64,000 nt of DNA from Azolla caroliniana (GCA_043228905.1 JBHGNT010000003.1:11346001-11410000); one strand, 5' to 3'. Positions 1-11,705 are shown, counted from the first letter of the stretch. Translations and numbers: made by a program. Notes: generated by a model not told the origin, from the letters alone.

Positions 1-504
1 GTTTACATATGTGTATGAGGTCAATACCTCATTTGACATATATTTGATATGTGATTCGTGCCTTATGCGTACGAGGTTAATACCTCAATTGCATATTACG
101 TTCACATACATATTTTACGTATGCGTATGAGGTCAATATCTTGATTTCTTTGTAAATGATATGCATATGGTCTCATATGCCTAAGAGGTCAATACCTCAA
201 TTGCGTATTACGATTAACCCTTATTTTTGGATGTTTCATATGCGTAGAGGCTATATGCCTTGATTACTTGACATTGTCTCGATTTCATCATATGTTGACT
301 ATTTGATGTTACGATTTTTCTTAATATACGCATATGTGGTCACATGTATACGTATTTGATAGTATATGTGTGATAAATATACAAACTGTTCTTTCTCTCT
401 TACTCACACTCTCACATACATACACACACATCACATAATCTTCCGCTACTTAATCACATTATTAGGTTCTAATTAACCTGTACTTAACTACCTAAGTCTT
501 AACA
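1..504 (+). mobile_element. 3' part of an LTR (cut by the window edge), related to chromovirus I
   Basis: Ends tacttaactacctaagtcttaaCA (504), resembling the LTR end of element I (tactttagtacctaatctctaata). Positions 1-375 align by eye with 36409-36780. Abuts a copia integrase fragment. Confidence 0.65.
5..262 (+). repeat. Array of 5 stem-loop units, core GAGGT-N4-ACCTC, 56-nt period
   Basis: Cores start at 17, 73, 129, 185 and 247 (spacing 56, 56, 56, 62). Confidence 0.9.
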
Positions 505-676
505 ATTTGGATGTATGGGGACCGGCAGAAAACGTTAGTCTTGGCGAGAGTCAATATTTTGTCTCCTTCATCGATGACTACAAGCAACCAACATGGACCT
601 ACCTGATAGAAAAGAAAAGCGAGGTTTTTGACTATTTTTGGAACTTACAAAATTTAGTCGAACGGGAAATGGATAG
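505..676 (+). pseudogene. Ty1/copia integrase core fragment
   Basis: DVWGPA...YFVSFIDDY...WTYLIEKKSEVF. Same family as elements A and M. Confidence 0.9.
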
Positions 677-1089
677 TGTAAAAGTTAATATGCGCAAGCT
701 TTGACAGAACCGGTTACACCGGATAGCAATAGAGAATAAACACAAGTTTAATGGAAGCTTAGAATAAATAGTTCACCAGAGAGACAAAGAGAGAGCGGAA
801 CAATAATCTCAATCCAAAATAACACTCTGTGCATACAATGTGCTAAGTGAGCACTTTTATACAAGTCTTTAAAGGACAGACATAAGTATTGACAAGTACT
901 TCAATGCTCATGCGAGCCACTGACACTAACTCTTAAAAATATGCCTACGTACTAGGCTAGATTATTAGGCCTCTAACGGCCTAGCAGTTACAATCCGATC
1001 AGGCTTTTGGTTCCAGCTACCATCCGGACACCGATCCGACTCTGGCTTGTTTAGAAGATCTAGATCCGGTTGAGCTTGTCCGCTCAATA
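677..1089 (-). repeat. 3' LTR of copia A
   Basis: Both termini are homologous to the LTR at 62262-62514 (tgtaaaagttaat / gacaagctcaacc). Follows the PPT. Confidence 0.8.
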
Positions 1090-2943
1090 CTCCCCATTAA
1101 GGTCAACTTAAGGTCGTATCGTCAGTGTCTGCGGTAGCCAGTCCTCTCCTCCAGCTCTTCTTGGTGCCCTCCCGCCTGGCTCGCGCTCCTCGACCAGTCC
1201 ATTCCTACTTTCCTCGACCCGTCCGGTTCCGCACTCCTCGACCTTCTCGGTTGGCTTGTCTGCTCACAAGACCCTTCTCAGCTCCTTCGCTATTGTGACA
1301 TCGGTGCTCCTTGACCCATCGGTCCCTTCGTATCGGTGTCAACTTCCGCTGCCTCCTCGTCTGTTTGGCCTTGAGTTGATCCATCTCATCTGAATCAACC
1401 ACCTCTTCCGAATCGAGTGCATCCGATTCCTTCCAGCTCTTGTCCAAATTGGTTGTCTCCAATTCTTCGTCAGTCTTCAGGCCCTTTCCCACATCAGACC
1501 ATGTCGGGGTCTTGGCCTTCTACTTCCGGTCAGCTCTATCCTTCTTGACTCTATTGTCGTTTCCGCTTCTTCCAACTTTACCAAATGTACCGACTTCATC
1601 AAGCGACTTGGTCTCCTTTTTCTTCTTCTCTCCCCCTGTTTTTCCGGTTTCCGTTCCGGTTCCGGTTCTCCCCGTATCAGTACCGGTTCTCCCCCTCAAG
1701 TGCGGCATGTCAAGATGTTGAAGACCAAGCGTCTCCGGAAAATGTTGCATCTAGTAGCACACCAATGTGCGTCCCTTGCCGCTTCTGCATATCTCTCCGG
1801 CTCACGCACCTCTGCCACTTTCGTCATGTACGCATAGTGATGCGCCATGTACTTATTATATCCGTACCTTTTTACAAGGTTCTTCTGGCGGGTGGATCGG
1901 TGTAACTTCTCATTAGCCGATTTCAAGGCCCTCTTGGCCGGCTCGGACTTCGTCTCTAAAGGTCCATCTTCGTTCTTTTCGGAGTTGGATTTGCTCTGAT
2001 CTGACTCATCTCTGCCGGGGTCGTATTCCATCATCTTCTTCTGCCCCTTCTCTTTGCACGGGAATCGTCTCCTCGCTTTGTTGCGTGGGGAGAGCATGGC
2101 CGAGTCTCCACTAATCGTCGGCTCTTCATATGACTAGTCATCCCGACTCAGTCGCTAAGTCGACCCACTTCCCCAGAATCAGATCGGACTCTCATCAAGA
2201 GTATTGAATCCTTCTTCGTCTTCTGCCCAGATCATTTCGGGCTCACTGGCCTCATCCTCCAGAATCGGGTCGGACTCAAAGTGGGTAGAGAATGACATTA
2301 TGCCGATTCATCAAATTTGACATCTCGGCTCACTCGAACTTGTTTTGTTTGGGGGTTATAACACTTATAACCCTTTTGCTCATGTGAGTAGCCGGCGAGG
2401 ATGCACTTCTCTGACTTCGGGTCCAACTTTCTCCACTTCTCGTCTGGCACATGCACATAGGCTATGCAACCGAATATCCTAAGGTGCCTTAAATTCAGCG
2501 TCTGCGCGAAATACACCTCGTGTGCTGACACCTTATCATTAATCCAGTTTTGGATGTAGATCGCCGTCCGGACTGCTTCAGCCTACTAGAACTTGCTCTT
2601 CTATTCCAACATTGCTCGTGCCGCCTCCACAATTGACCGGTTTTTCTTTTCGGCCACACCATGTGTATCGGCAGCTGAATTCCCTCCGAATTCCTTTCTA
2701 CTGCAAATACCCTTTGAATTGACCGGAAAAATATTCTTTTCCTCCATCCAACCGTAGGCACTTGATCTTCCTCTCTGTTTCCCGTTCTACAAGACTTTCC
2801 AGGTTCCGGAAACAGTCGAAAACTTTGCTTTTCCTTTCAATTAGGTAGATCTATGTGTGTCGCCTATAGTCGTCGATGAAGGAGAAGAAATAAGAAATAT
2901 CGGCTCCCGCCAAAACTAAAGTTCTATGTCAGTCCCCATACAT
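677..2943 (-). mobile_element. Copia A: 5'-truncated, RT/RNase H deleted, 3' LTR retained
   Basis: Integrase (LRIFGCIAYVHVPDEKWRKLDPKSEKC) at 2298-2943. The post-integrase linker is joined near 1752 directly to the RNase H tail (LGLQHLDMPHL). PPT near 1090-1097. Confidence 0.85.
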
Positions 2944-3652
2944 GTCAGAGGCGAGGACTGCAAGATGACAAGAGACTCCGGGTTTTGGCCACTAGTGTTG
3001 GAAGGCCTTTCCGGGGTAAAGCTGTGGAAGGAAGAGGTGGGTCCCAGAGGGCACCGGATGGGACGATCCGGTAGAGGAAAAAACCGGCTTCGTGGAAGCC
3101 ACGTGCCAGAACTACGAGGTTCTGGTGGAAGATAAACGGATCGGATAGGCAAGAGTGGTCGGCCCCTTGAACCGGTACGAGACCCGGAAGGCTACAGAGG
3201 CCCGGTAGGCCCATGAAAGAAGATGAAGATGCCGGGATTCCGGTTGAGCTCGGAAATAGAGAGAGCAATAGACTTGCGGAAGGTCCTGGAGGAACGAATC
3301 CTCGATAGCCAGATAGAGCTCACCCTGAGGGAAGTACTATGCATTGCAAAGAAAGAATTCCATGACTTAATCATGGATCTGGTGAAGTGAAAGGGGCTCT
3401 CGATAGAGCTAGAACTAGTGAAACCCGTGGAGGTGACGGTGGCGCACATCGAGGAGGTGGCGATGAAGAAATTTTTTTGGAAAGCCACTACATTGGGCAA
3501 GAGCGACAACGGAAACCCTGGTCCGGATCGGGGATGTGAAAGAGCTGGTGGTGGCTTTCATTGACCATGGATCCGAAATCAACCTAATGTCCATGGACTT
3601 CTACAAAAGGGGGAACTGGCCGATCAACAGCAAGCACGGGTGGAAAATACGT

Positions 3653-4696
3653 TGTCGTGAAGATTTTCGGCAATAGTGTGAAAATCCCATAAAACGTACA
3701 AAATCGAGTATGAATCACATAATACAATAATTGTGAAGATAACATTTTAAATAAATATCTAAGTACAAAATGATGGAGGTTTCGAATGCACTTTATTACA
3801 CGAGAAACAGACAACTAAATGTCAAGATATGAGGGTATAAAGTTTGTGAAAGGAAAAGAGAAAATTGTGAAATATCCCACATAGGCACGACAAATACGGC
3901 TCTCATCATATATAAGGTAGAGCAAAAGCTATTATCTTTGTGTCTATATGTGGAGCATAGAGAGTTCAAGGTAACTTGAACTAAGAGTGGAGGTGGGCTA
4001 GCTACTCGTAAAGGGTTTTGGCCAACCAAAACCGGACCGGCGATGGAGCCGGTGATCCGGCGCCAGTGAGACACCAGCATCCGACGGCAACCGGCGGCAT
4101 CCGGCGAACCGGCGTCCGGTGACTAGATAAATAAATATATAAATATATATACATATACAAGGAGGGCAAGTATGGATTCGAACCTTGCACCTCCGAGTTA
4201 GGAGTCAATTGGCTACCATTAAGTCATGCCATTTAGTTGAATGTATATTTCTATTATTGTACTTTTACATGTAAATTCTCATACATGAGAGCTAAAATGA
4301 GTGACATGGTTATCATGCACCACATGTAATACATGAGCGCCAAAAGGCAAACATGCATTTTATGCATGTCTTGTACCCTCACATACATCATATGCATGAG
4401 AGCATCTATAAAAGAAGGAAGGGGGAGGAGAAAAAACACGTTTTTTTGAGGTTATGAAATTAAGAAGAAGAAATTCGTTATCAAATTGATCGTGTAACTT
4501 GTTTCTTAAATCCAAAGATAAAAGTTCAATCAATCTCTCTCAATCGTTTAATCTCAACTTCTCTCTTTCCCAATATATCTTAAGTACTTTCTCACCAAAT
4601 CTTGTGCCAAAGCTTGTACCGACTTTGAATCCTTCCGGTCCAAAACCCCGGCGGTTCCGCCTCACGATCCGCGCGTAGTGACGGATCTTCACGACA
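3653..4696 (+). repeat. 5' LTR of B (1044 bp)
   Basis: Direct repeat of 8091-9188, roughly 98% identical by eye, 54 bp shorter in a GC-rich repeat patch. Confidence 0.95.
4165..4230 (-). promoter_or_regulatory. tRNA-like Pol III A/B-box cassette in the B 5' LTR
   Basis: Minus strand reads GGCA TGACTTAATGG TAGCCAATTGACTCCTAACTCGGAGGTGCAA GGTTCGAATCC ATACTTGCC. Confidence 0.7.
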
Positions 4697-4704
4697 TAAT
4701 TAAG

Positions 4705-4722
4705 TGGCGAACCCGACGTGAA
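4705..4722 (+). promoter_or_regulatory. Primer-binding site, tRNA-Trp
   Basis: TGGCGAACCCGACGTGAA, one mismatch to the complement of the plant tRNA-Trp 3' end (TTCACGTCGGGTTCACCA). Confidence 0.85.
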
Positions 4723-4757
4723 AGAGGCGGTAGGAAGGATCAAGTCGAGATTAATAC

Positions 4758-7700
4758 TTGGAGATGGCGTTCTCAAGCAACCAAGCGGGAGAGCTCGAAA
4801 GGATGATGCTAATCGTTGACCAAATGATGAGATCTTGGGACAACGACGCGAGCATGGAGAAGGCTGTCAATCGTGTCATAGAGCTCGAGGGCCAATTCGA
4901 TGCAAGGAACGTTACGAAGTTCCTTGATGCATATAGAAGGAAGATGAATCAGAGGGACGTGTCCGAGGCACGTCAAATCGCAAGCTTCAAGAGAGTTGTC
5001 ACCAACAACATCCAAAGACGCGTCATCGAGCTTCAAGAAGGTAACACAACATGGTCCGAGTTCAAGAAAACGATACTAGCGGAGTGCGTGACTGAAGACT
5101 CAACGAGGATGACTCGACATGCCCTGATGAAGTGGATAGAGAAGAAGAATAAGAAGATGAGCCCACGAGAAATCGGATGCGCCGACCCAAAGGTTATAGA
5201 GCCGATGGTGATCTTCACGGTGCCTCATGTGCCTTGGAATTTGAAATCGATACCGGTTCCGAGAGCACACCTTCCGAAGCTGATCGAGCTCTTAAAAGAG
5301 AAGGTGAGTATGGGAATTCTAGAACCGTCGAATGCTCCTTATTATAATAGGTGGTTCATGGTGCCGAAGAAGAATGGATCATTGCGATTCATCCAAGATC
5401 TTCAACCCGTCAGCAAGGTGACAATTCGAAATGCCGGAATCAGTTCGAGCGTGGACGAATTTGCCGAAGCGTTTCCGGGCCGGTCCATCTACTCCATTGG
5501 CGATCTCTACTCTGGATATGACCAATTCCAATTGGCGATTGACAATCGGGACATTACAACCATGAGGACTCTGATCGAGCTTGTGCGGATGTGTACCTTA
5601 CCCCAAGGCGCAACGAACTCGGTGGCTCATATGGTGAATGCCATGAATAAAGTCTTGAAGGATTGCATCCCGGACATCACGATGTCATTCTTGGATGATA
5701 TTCCGATAAAAGGATGTTCGGATGAGGAGAAAGATGAATCGAAAGATAAGGAAGGTTGTAGAAAGTTCGTTGCGGATCATATGAAAGATTGCGAGAAGGT
5801 GCTTCAAAGGCTCGAAGATGCGAATTTGACATTTTCGGGAGAAAAATCCGCATTCGGGCAACCGGAGATCTTGGTGGTAGGTCACTTGTGTGGAGCATAC
5901 GGCCGGAAGCCCTCGCCATCCAAAGTGAATGCAATCCAAGACATGAAAGAAGAATGTGAAAACCAAACGGAGGTTCAAAGGTTCCTTGGAGCGTGCGTGT
6001 TTTATCATATATGGATTCCTCACTACGCTCATGTCGCCGAACCGTTATATGGACTACTAAAGAAAAGAATGAAGTTCGAATGGCGAGAAGAGCACACAAA
6101 TGCGATTCGAAGATTAAAGAAACTGCTTCTTGAAGCTCCGGCACTAAGGAAGGCCAACTATGCCGAAGGGAAACCAATTTACGTGACCATAGATACAAGC
6201 CCAACCGGAATCGGGTGGGTCATCAATCAAGAAGGTGAAGATAATGCACGATATGCCGTCTGGTTCGGAGCAAAGGTTCTCAGTGAATGGCAACAAAGAT
6301 ATGCCCAAGTCAAGCGGGAACTTTGGGGTATTGTGTCGGCAGTGAAGACGAACAAAAATTACCTAATCGGGTCAGAAGTGATAATAGAGACAGATTGTCT
6401 CCCAATTCTCGGAATGGTCTCGGGATGTGCGACCCCAGATCTTGCTATGCTAAGGTGGATCGCCTACATCAAGTCTTTAAACCCAGAGATCCGTCACATT
6501 GCAGGGAAGAAGAACGCCATGGCTGACATGTTGTCGAGGGCAAGATTTTCAAATGGAAGTAACATGGTTTTGGAAGATGAAGATGTCGCCCTCGACTTCT
6601 TCAAGATGTCTCGATTGTCGGCGGAAGACCAGGACATGCAAACCCTCTATGCCTTCAACGAGAACGAGTACGAAGGAGAGTGGTTACTCATCGGTAGATT
6701 CCTAAGAACATTGACGATAGATGCTTCGTTGACAAAGGAGGAGGCCCAACGAATCCGAAAGAAAGCTTACCGATACTTCTTGAAGGGAGGATTCCTTTGG
6801 CGACATCCAAAAAGAAGGACAGGAATACCACGTAGAGTGGTGGTAAAGAAAGAAGAGCAAGAGACGCTGATGACCGAATTCCACGAGAGTGCTTGGGCAG
6901 GTCATAGAGGAACATGGGCGACGTTCGAAAAGTTGAGGAAGAAGTACTGGTGGCCAAGCATGTACAAAGATGTACTCCATTTCGTGTCCACATGCGAAAC
7001 TTGCCAAATATATTCAAATATACGTCATCGTGATAAGTTACAGCCGACATACCCACTCACCATACACTTCAAATGGATGGTGGATCTGGTCTCGATGCCA
7101 ATGGGAGTGGGACAAATGAAGTACTTAGCGCTGGCAAGGGAAGACTTGACAAATCAAGTGGAAGGACGAGCCTTGACAAATAAGACGACTTCAGCCGTTT
7201 GTAAATTTCTGCTTGAAGAGGTTGCTTGCCGATATGGATGTGTAGGAAAGATAGTAGCTGACCGAGGGGAGTTGGACGCGCGCGAAGCGACGGAGCTCTT
7301 CGAAAGACTAGGCGTGAAGCTCTCCCTCACAACTGCCTACAATCCGGAAGTGAATGGGAAGATCGAGCGAGGGCATGGACCTATCGTTAAAGCCATCGTA
7401 CGGGCATGCAACAGTCGAGTTGGGAATTGGCCACGACTATTACCCTATGCCTTGTGGGCCGATAGAACGACACATAGCTCGGTGACAGGGTATATGCCGA
7501 CGGAGCTTATGTATGGACAAAAGCCGATTATGCCCATCGAAAGGACGATCGCCTCATGGGTAATGATACCGTGGGAGAACGAGATGAGCCGAGAAGAGTT
7601 ATTAGCGGCGTGGATAAGGCAACTTAAAAGAAGACCTGAAGATTTAGAAAAAGCGCGAAAGATGATGGAGGCAGCCCGAGTAAAGAACAAAGTTCGGTTC

Positions 7701-8018
7701 GACAACACGCATCGACTTCGTCCCAAGAAGATTGAAGAAGGGGATTGGGTTTTGGTTTACGAGAGCACCCTTCACAATCAACACAGTACAACAAGGAAGT
7801 TTGCAAGAAGATGGTTCGGGCCGTATGTCGTGACAAGTGCCAACGATAATGCCACATACCACCTTGCGGAACTAGACGGATCAAGGTTGGCCGTACCCAT
7901 TGCGGGAAAAAGAGTAAGGATTTTCAAGAAAAGACAAGACAAGGATCCTGACCTCGATCACCTCGACGATGACCATAATAGGGCGGATGTAAATGAAGAC
8001 ATGGAGGAATCTAATTGA
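4758..8018 (+). CDS. Gag N-terminus fused in frame to RT-RNase H-integrase (no protease), 1086 aa
   Basis: Uninterrupted ORF with DLYSGY, LPQG, FLDD, IDTS, HHCC (HESAWAGH..CETC) and D,D,E residues. Junction near 5160 (KKMS|PREIGC). Confidence 0.9.
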   Translation: MEMAFSSNQAGELERMMLIVDQMMRSWDNDASMEKAVNRVIELEGQFDARNVTKFLDAYRRKMNQRDVSEARQIASFKRVVTNNIQRRVIELQEGNTTWSEFKKTILAECVTEDSTRMTRHALMKWIEKKNKKMSPREIGCADPKVIEPMVIFTVPHVPWNLKSIPVPRAHLPKLIELLKEKVSMGILEPSNAPYYNRWFMVPKKNGSLRFIQDLQPVSKVTIRNAGISSSVDEFAEAFPGRSIYSIGDLYSGYDQFQLAIDNRDITTMRTLIELVRMCTLPQGATNSVAHMVNAMNKVLKDCIPDITMSFLDDIPIKGCSDEEKDESKDKEGCRKFVADHMKDCEKVLQRLEDANLTFSGEKSAFGQPEILVVGHLCGAYGRKPSPSKVNAIQDMKEECENQTEVQRFLGACVFYHIWIPHYAHVAEPLYGLLKKRMKFEWREEHTNAIRRLKKLLLEAPALRKANYAEGKPIYVTIDTSPTGIGWVINQEGEDNARYAVWFGAKVLSEWQQRYAQVKRELWGIVSAVKTNKNYLIGSEVIIETDCLPILGMVSGCATPDLAMLRWIAYIKSLNPEIRHIAGKKNAMADMLSRARFSNGSNMVLEDEDVALDFFKMSRLSAEDQDMQTLYAFNENEYEGEWLLIGRFLRTLTIDASLTKEEAQRIRKKAYRYFLKGGFLWRHPKRRTGIPRRVVVKKEEQETLMTEFHESAWAGHRGTWATFEKLRKKYWWPSMYKDVLHFVSTCETCQIYSNIRHRDKLQPTYPLTIHFKWMVDLVSMPMGVGQMKYLALAREDLTNQVEGRALTNKTTSAVCKFLLEEVACRYGCVGKIVADRGELDAREATELFERLGVKLSLTTAYNPEVNGKIERGHGPIVKAIVRACNSRVGNWPRLLPYALWADRTTHSSVTGYMPTELMYGQKPIMPIERTIASWVMIPWENEMSREELLAAWIRQLKRRPEDLEKARKMMEAARVKNKVRFDNTHRLRPKKIEEGDWVLVYESTLHNQHSTTRKFARRWFGPYVVTSANDNATYHLAELDGSRLAVPIAGKRVRIFKKRQDKDPDLDHLDDDHNRADVNEDMEESN

Positions 8019-8090
8019 TCACCATAGCCGAAATCTCACTTTCTCTCTTCTTGGCACGTACCGGAGGACGTGCGGTTCGGTGGGGGTGGA

Positions 8091-9188
8091 TGTCGTGAAG
8101 ATTTTCGGCAATAGTGTGAAAATCCCATAAAACGTACAAAATCGAGTATGAATCACATAATACAATAATTGTGAAGATAACATTTTAAATAAATATCTAA
8201 GTATAAAATGATGGAGGTTTCGAATGCACTTTATTACACGAGAAACGGACAACTAAATGTCCAGATATGAGGGTATAATGTTTGTGAAAGGAAAAGAGAA
8301 AATTGTGAAATATCCCACATAGCCACGACAAATACGGCTCTCATCATATATAAGGTAGAGCAAAAGCTATTATCTTTGTGTCTATGTGTGGAGCATAGAG
8401 AGTTCAAGGTAACTTGAACTAAGAGTGGAGGTGGGCTAGCTACTCGTAAAGGGTTTTGGCCAACCAAAACCAGACCGGCGATGGAGCCGGTGATCCGGCG
8501 CCAGTGAGACACCGGCATCCGACGGCAACTGGTTTAGCAACCGGCGATGACGAGGTGACGGCATCCGGCGAGGCACCGGTAACCGACGGCATCCGGTGAA
8601 CCGGCGTCCGGTGACTAGATAAATAAATATATAAATATATATACATATACAAGGAGGGCAAGTATGGATTCGAACCTTGCACCTCCGAGTTAGGAGTCAA
8701 TTGGCTACCATTAAGTCATGCCATTTAGTTGAATTTATATTTCTATTATTGTACTTTTACATGTAAATTCTCATACATGAGAGCTAAAATGAGTGACATG
8801 GTTATCATGCACCACATGTAATACATGAGCGCCAAAAGGCAAACATGCATTTTATGCATGTCTTGTACCCTCACATGCATCATATGCATGAGAGCATCTA
8901 TAAAAGAAGGAAGGGGGAGGAGAAAAAACACATTTTTTTGAGGTTATGAAATTAAGAAGAAGAAATTCGTTATCAAATTGATCGTGTAACTTGTTTCTTA
9001 AATCCAAAGATAAAAGTTCAATCAATCTCTCTCAATCGTTTAATCTCAACTTCTCTCTTTCCCAATCTATCTTAAGTACTTTCTTGCCAAAGCTTGCGCC
9101 AAAGCTTGTACCGACTTTGAATCCTTCCGGTCCAAAACCCCGGCGGTTCCGCCTCACGATCCGCGCGTAGTGACGGATCTTCACGACA
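8091..9188 (+). repeat. 3' LTR of B (1098 bp)
   Basis: TG...CA termini, follows the PPT, followed by TSD ACGC. Confidence 0.95.
8657..8722 (-). promoter_or_regulatory. tRNA-like Pol III A/B-box cassette in the B 3' LTR
   Basis: Identical to 4165-4230. Confidence 0.7.
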
Positions 9189-9464
9189 ACGCGCGACGAC
9201 ATGCACCACTGAGGAGCTACACGGGGCATGCCTGAATGTTTGAGTAAGGGTCGGGGACATCGAGATAGACCAAGAAACCTCCTCGTGTCCGGTGATCTTC
9301 GGCAAACCCTACATCACGGCGGCCCGAATGGAGACAAAGGTGTTGGACAACCGGTCGGCGTACGCAAGGGTGAAGAGCCAGAACAAACAACACTCCGTCC
9401 AATTTCTGACAGTGCGACCAAACCACGAACAAAATCGTGAGTCTCTCGGCAATGCCGCCTGAGA

Positions 9465-9530
9465 GGATTTTTAGAAGGGGCTATCAAGCCGTGGGGCTGT
9501 GATAATCCGGACAACCTAGAGAATCCCCAC
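9465..9530 (+). promoter_or_regulatory. Candidate -1 ribosomal frameshift signal of C (protease/RT junction)
   Basis: GGATTTT then TAG, followed by ggctatc..gataatc stem and gtgggg/ccccac pairing. Homologous to 22323-22387. Confidence 0.6.
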
Positions 9531-11705
9531 ACCTGTACCATAGGTAGGAAATTTTGGCCCTTCGCTAATGGAGGATGTACCATAACCGGCATTCATGGCC
9601 GCGAGAAGAAGCGGGTTGAAGGATGATTGAAGGCGTGCAGCACCTTGGGCTCTGATGACGAGATCAGTGGCGCCATGGAGGCAGTCTCATTCGACGACAC
9701 TCTCGGGGAGATCAAGAGGTTGGCCAATGAGGACCTAAGTGAAGACCAGATAATTCCAGTTGGTTCATTAGAAATGTACGAAGTCATCGCGGACTTCGGA
9801 ACGATGGTTGGGTCAAATCGAATAGCCGTAGTAAGCATGAGGTATAAGACTGTGAACCGGAAGGTGAGGCCAACCGCAGCTCCCTTGCCGAAGGACAGTT
9901 GGCAACAGATGAAAGGGGTCGCGGCGGACCCGAGTTTATGAAATCTTGCCGGCATAGGGCACTGGTTCACCGATGAGATGATACAGGAGCTGATGATTGA
10001 TGCGGGTGGCTTTCTACTGCCGGCGGAGGAGGACCGGTTTCGGAATATGCTCGGAAGGCACGGGAAGGCCTTCGCATACTCGTCGGGGGAGATCGGGTGC
10101 ATCGATCCGACGATTGGAGAGCTAATGGTGATCTTCACAATACCAAATGTACCATGGAATCTCAAACCGATTCCAGTACCGAGAACTCACATCCCAAAGC
10201 TGATGGAGTTGTTGAACCGGAAGGTCGAGATGGGTATCCTCGAACCGTCGAGCGCCCCCCTATTCGAATCGGTGGTTTATGGTAACGAAGAAGAATGACA
10301 CGTTACGCTTCATACAGGACCTACAGTCGATCAATAAGGTGACCATTCGGAACGCCGGAATCGGGCCGAAGGTGATTTATACTCGGGACACGACCAGTTC
10401 TAGCTAGTTTTAGAGAGTAGGGATATCACGACGATGCCGACCCCTCTCGGCTTACTTCGAATGTGTACATTGCCGCAAGGAGGGACCAACTCGGTGGCGC
10501 ACATGGTGAATGCAATGAACAAGGTCGTTGAGGGACTGCATCCTAGACATCACCATGCCATTCTTGGATGACATCCCGATCAAGGAATGTCCAGAGGAAG
10601 TGAAGGATGGATCAGTCGGACTGGACGGATGTCGGAGGTTTGTCGTGAACCACATCTCCGACTGCGAGAAGATACTGTAGAGGCTTGAGGGAGTTCAGTC
10701 GGCTTTCGGACAACCCAAAATCTTAGAAATGGGGCACTTATGCGGGTCGTATAGCCGGAAACAATCTCCGACAAAGGTAGAGCCCATCTAGGCTATGAAG
10801 GGGGAATATAGGTCGGTCACGGAGGTCTGGAGATTCCTAGGTGCGTGCGCCTTCTACCACATTTTGATTCTGCACTACGTGCACATCGCGGAGCTGCTCT
10901 GTGGGTTGATAAAGAAAGGCATGTAGGTTCGCATGGAAAGAAAAGCAAACGGAATCGGTTCGGAGACTGAAGGAAGCGTTAGCCACGGCACCGGCTCTCC
11001 AGAAGGGAGTCTATGAGAGAGACGCTCCAATTTACGTGATGGTGGACATGAGTCCGATCGGAATTGGATGGTTGGTCAATCAGGACGGTGAGGACGGCAT
11101 GAGGTTAACCATCCGATTCGGTGCGAAAGTGTTAAGTGAGTGACAACGAGGATACGCCCAAATTAACTCCGAGGTATCGTTTTGGCGGTCAAGGCCAATA
11201 AAGACTACTTGATCGGGACAGAGGTAATAATCAAGATGGAATGCCTACCGATTCTCGGTATGGTCTCTGGAAGCGCGATTCCAGAGCTGGCTATGCTTAG
11301 GTGGATTGCGTACATCAAGTCGCTGAATCCAGAGATTTGGCACATCTCCAGGAAGGACAATGCCATGGCCGATATGCTCTCGAGAGCACAGTTTGACGAC
11401 GAGGACGGCATGGTGTCGGAAGATGAAGAAGTTGCCATGCACTTCTTCGAGTCAGCTCGAATGTCGGTGGAAAGGTGGAGCACTCCAACCCTAAACGAAT
11501 TCAACGAGAGTGAGTACCATGGGAAATGGTTCCAGATCGGTATGTTTCTGAGTGCCGGACACGGCATGGATGAGAGATGAAGTGAACCGGATCCGGAAGA
11601 AGGCCTACAGGTTCCTCCTACAGGGTGGTAGGATATGGAGGCATCCCAAGAAATGAATCGGGGCACCGCTCCGGGTGGTGAGAGGGGAGAAGGAACAAAC
11701 GACGT

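Larger units (their letters stand above)
3653..9188 (+). mobile_element. Gypsy B: two-LTR element with an internal gag-protease deletion
   Basis: LTRs TGTCGTGAAGAT...ATCTTCACGACA, 4-bp TSD ACGT/ACGC, tRNA-Trp PBS, PPT ggtgggggtgga before 8091. Confidence 0.95.

Noticed and set aside
5-262. CRISPR array (hairpin repeats with variable spacers), also 36413-36670
   Set aside because: Eukaryotic retroelement context and no cas genes. The core is only 14 nt, and the spacers are homologous between the two loci and partly to each other, so they are not acquired spacers.
4165-4230. Functional tRNA gene (Arg-CCT-like)
   Set aside because: The T, anticodon and acceptor stems are mismatched; only the promoter boxes look retained.
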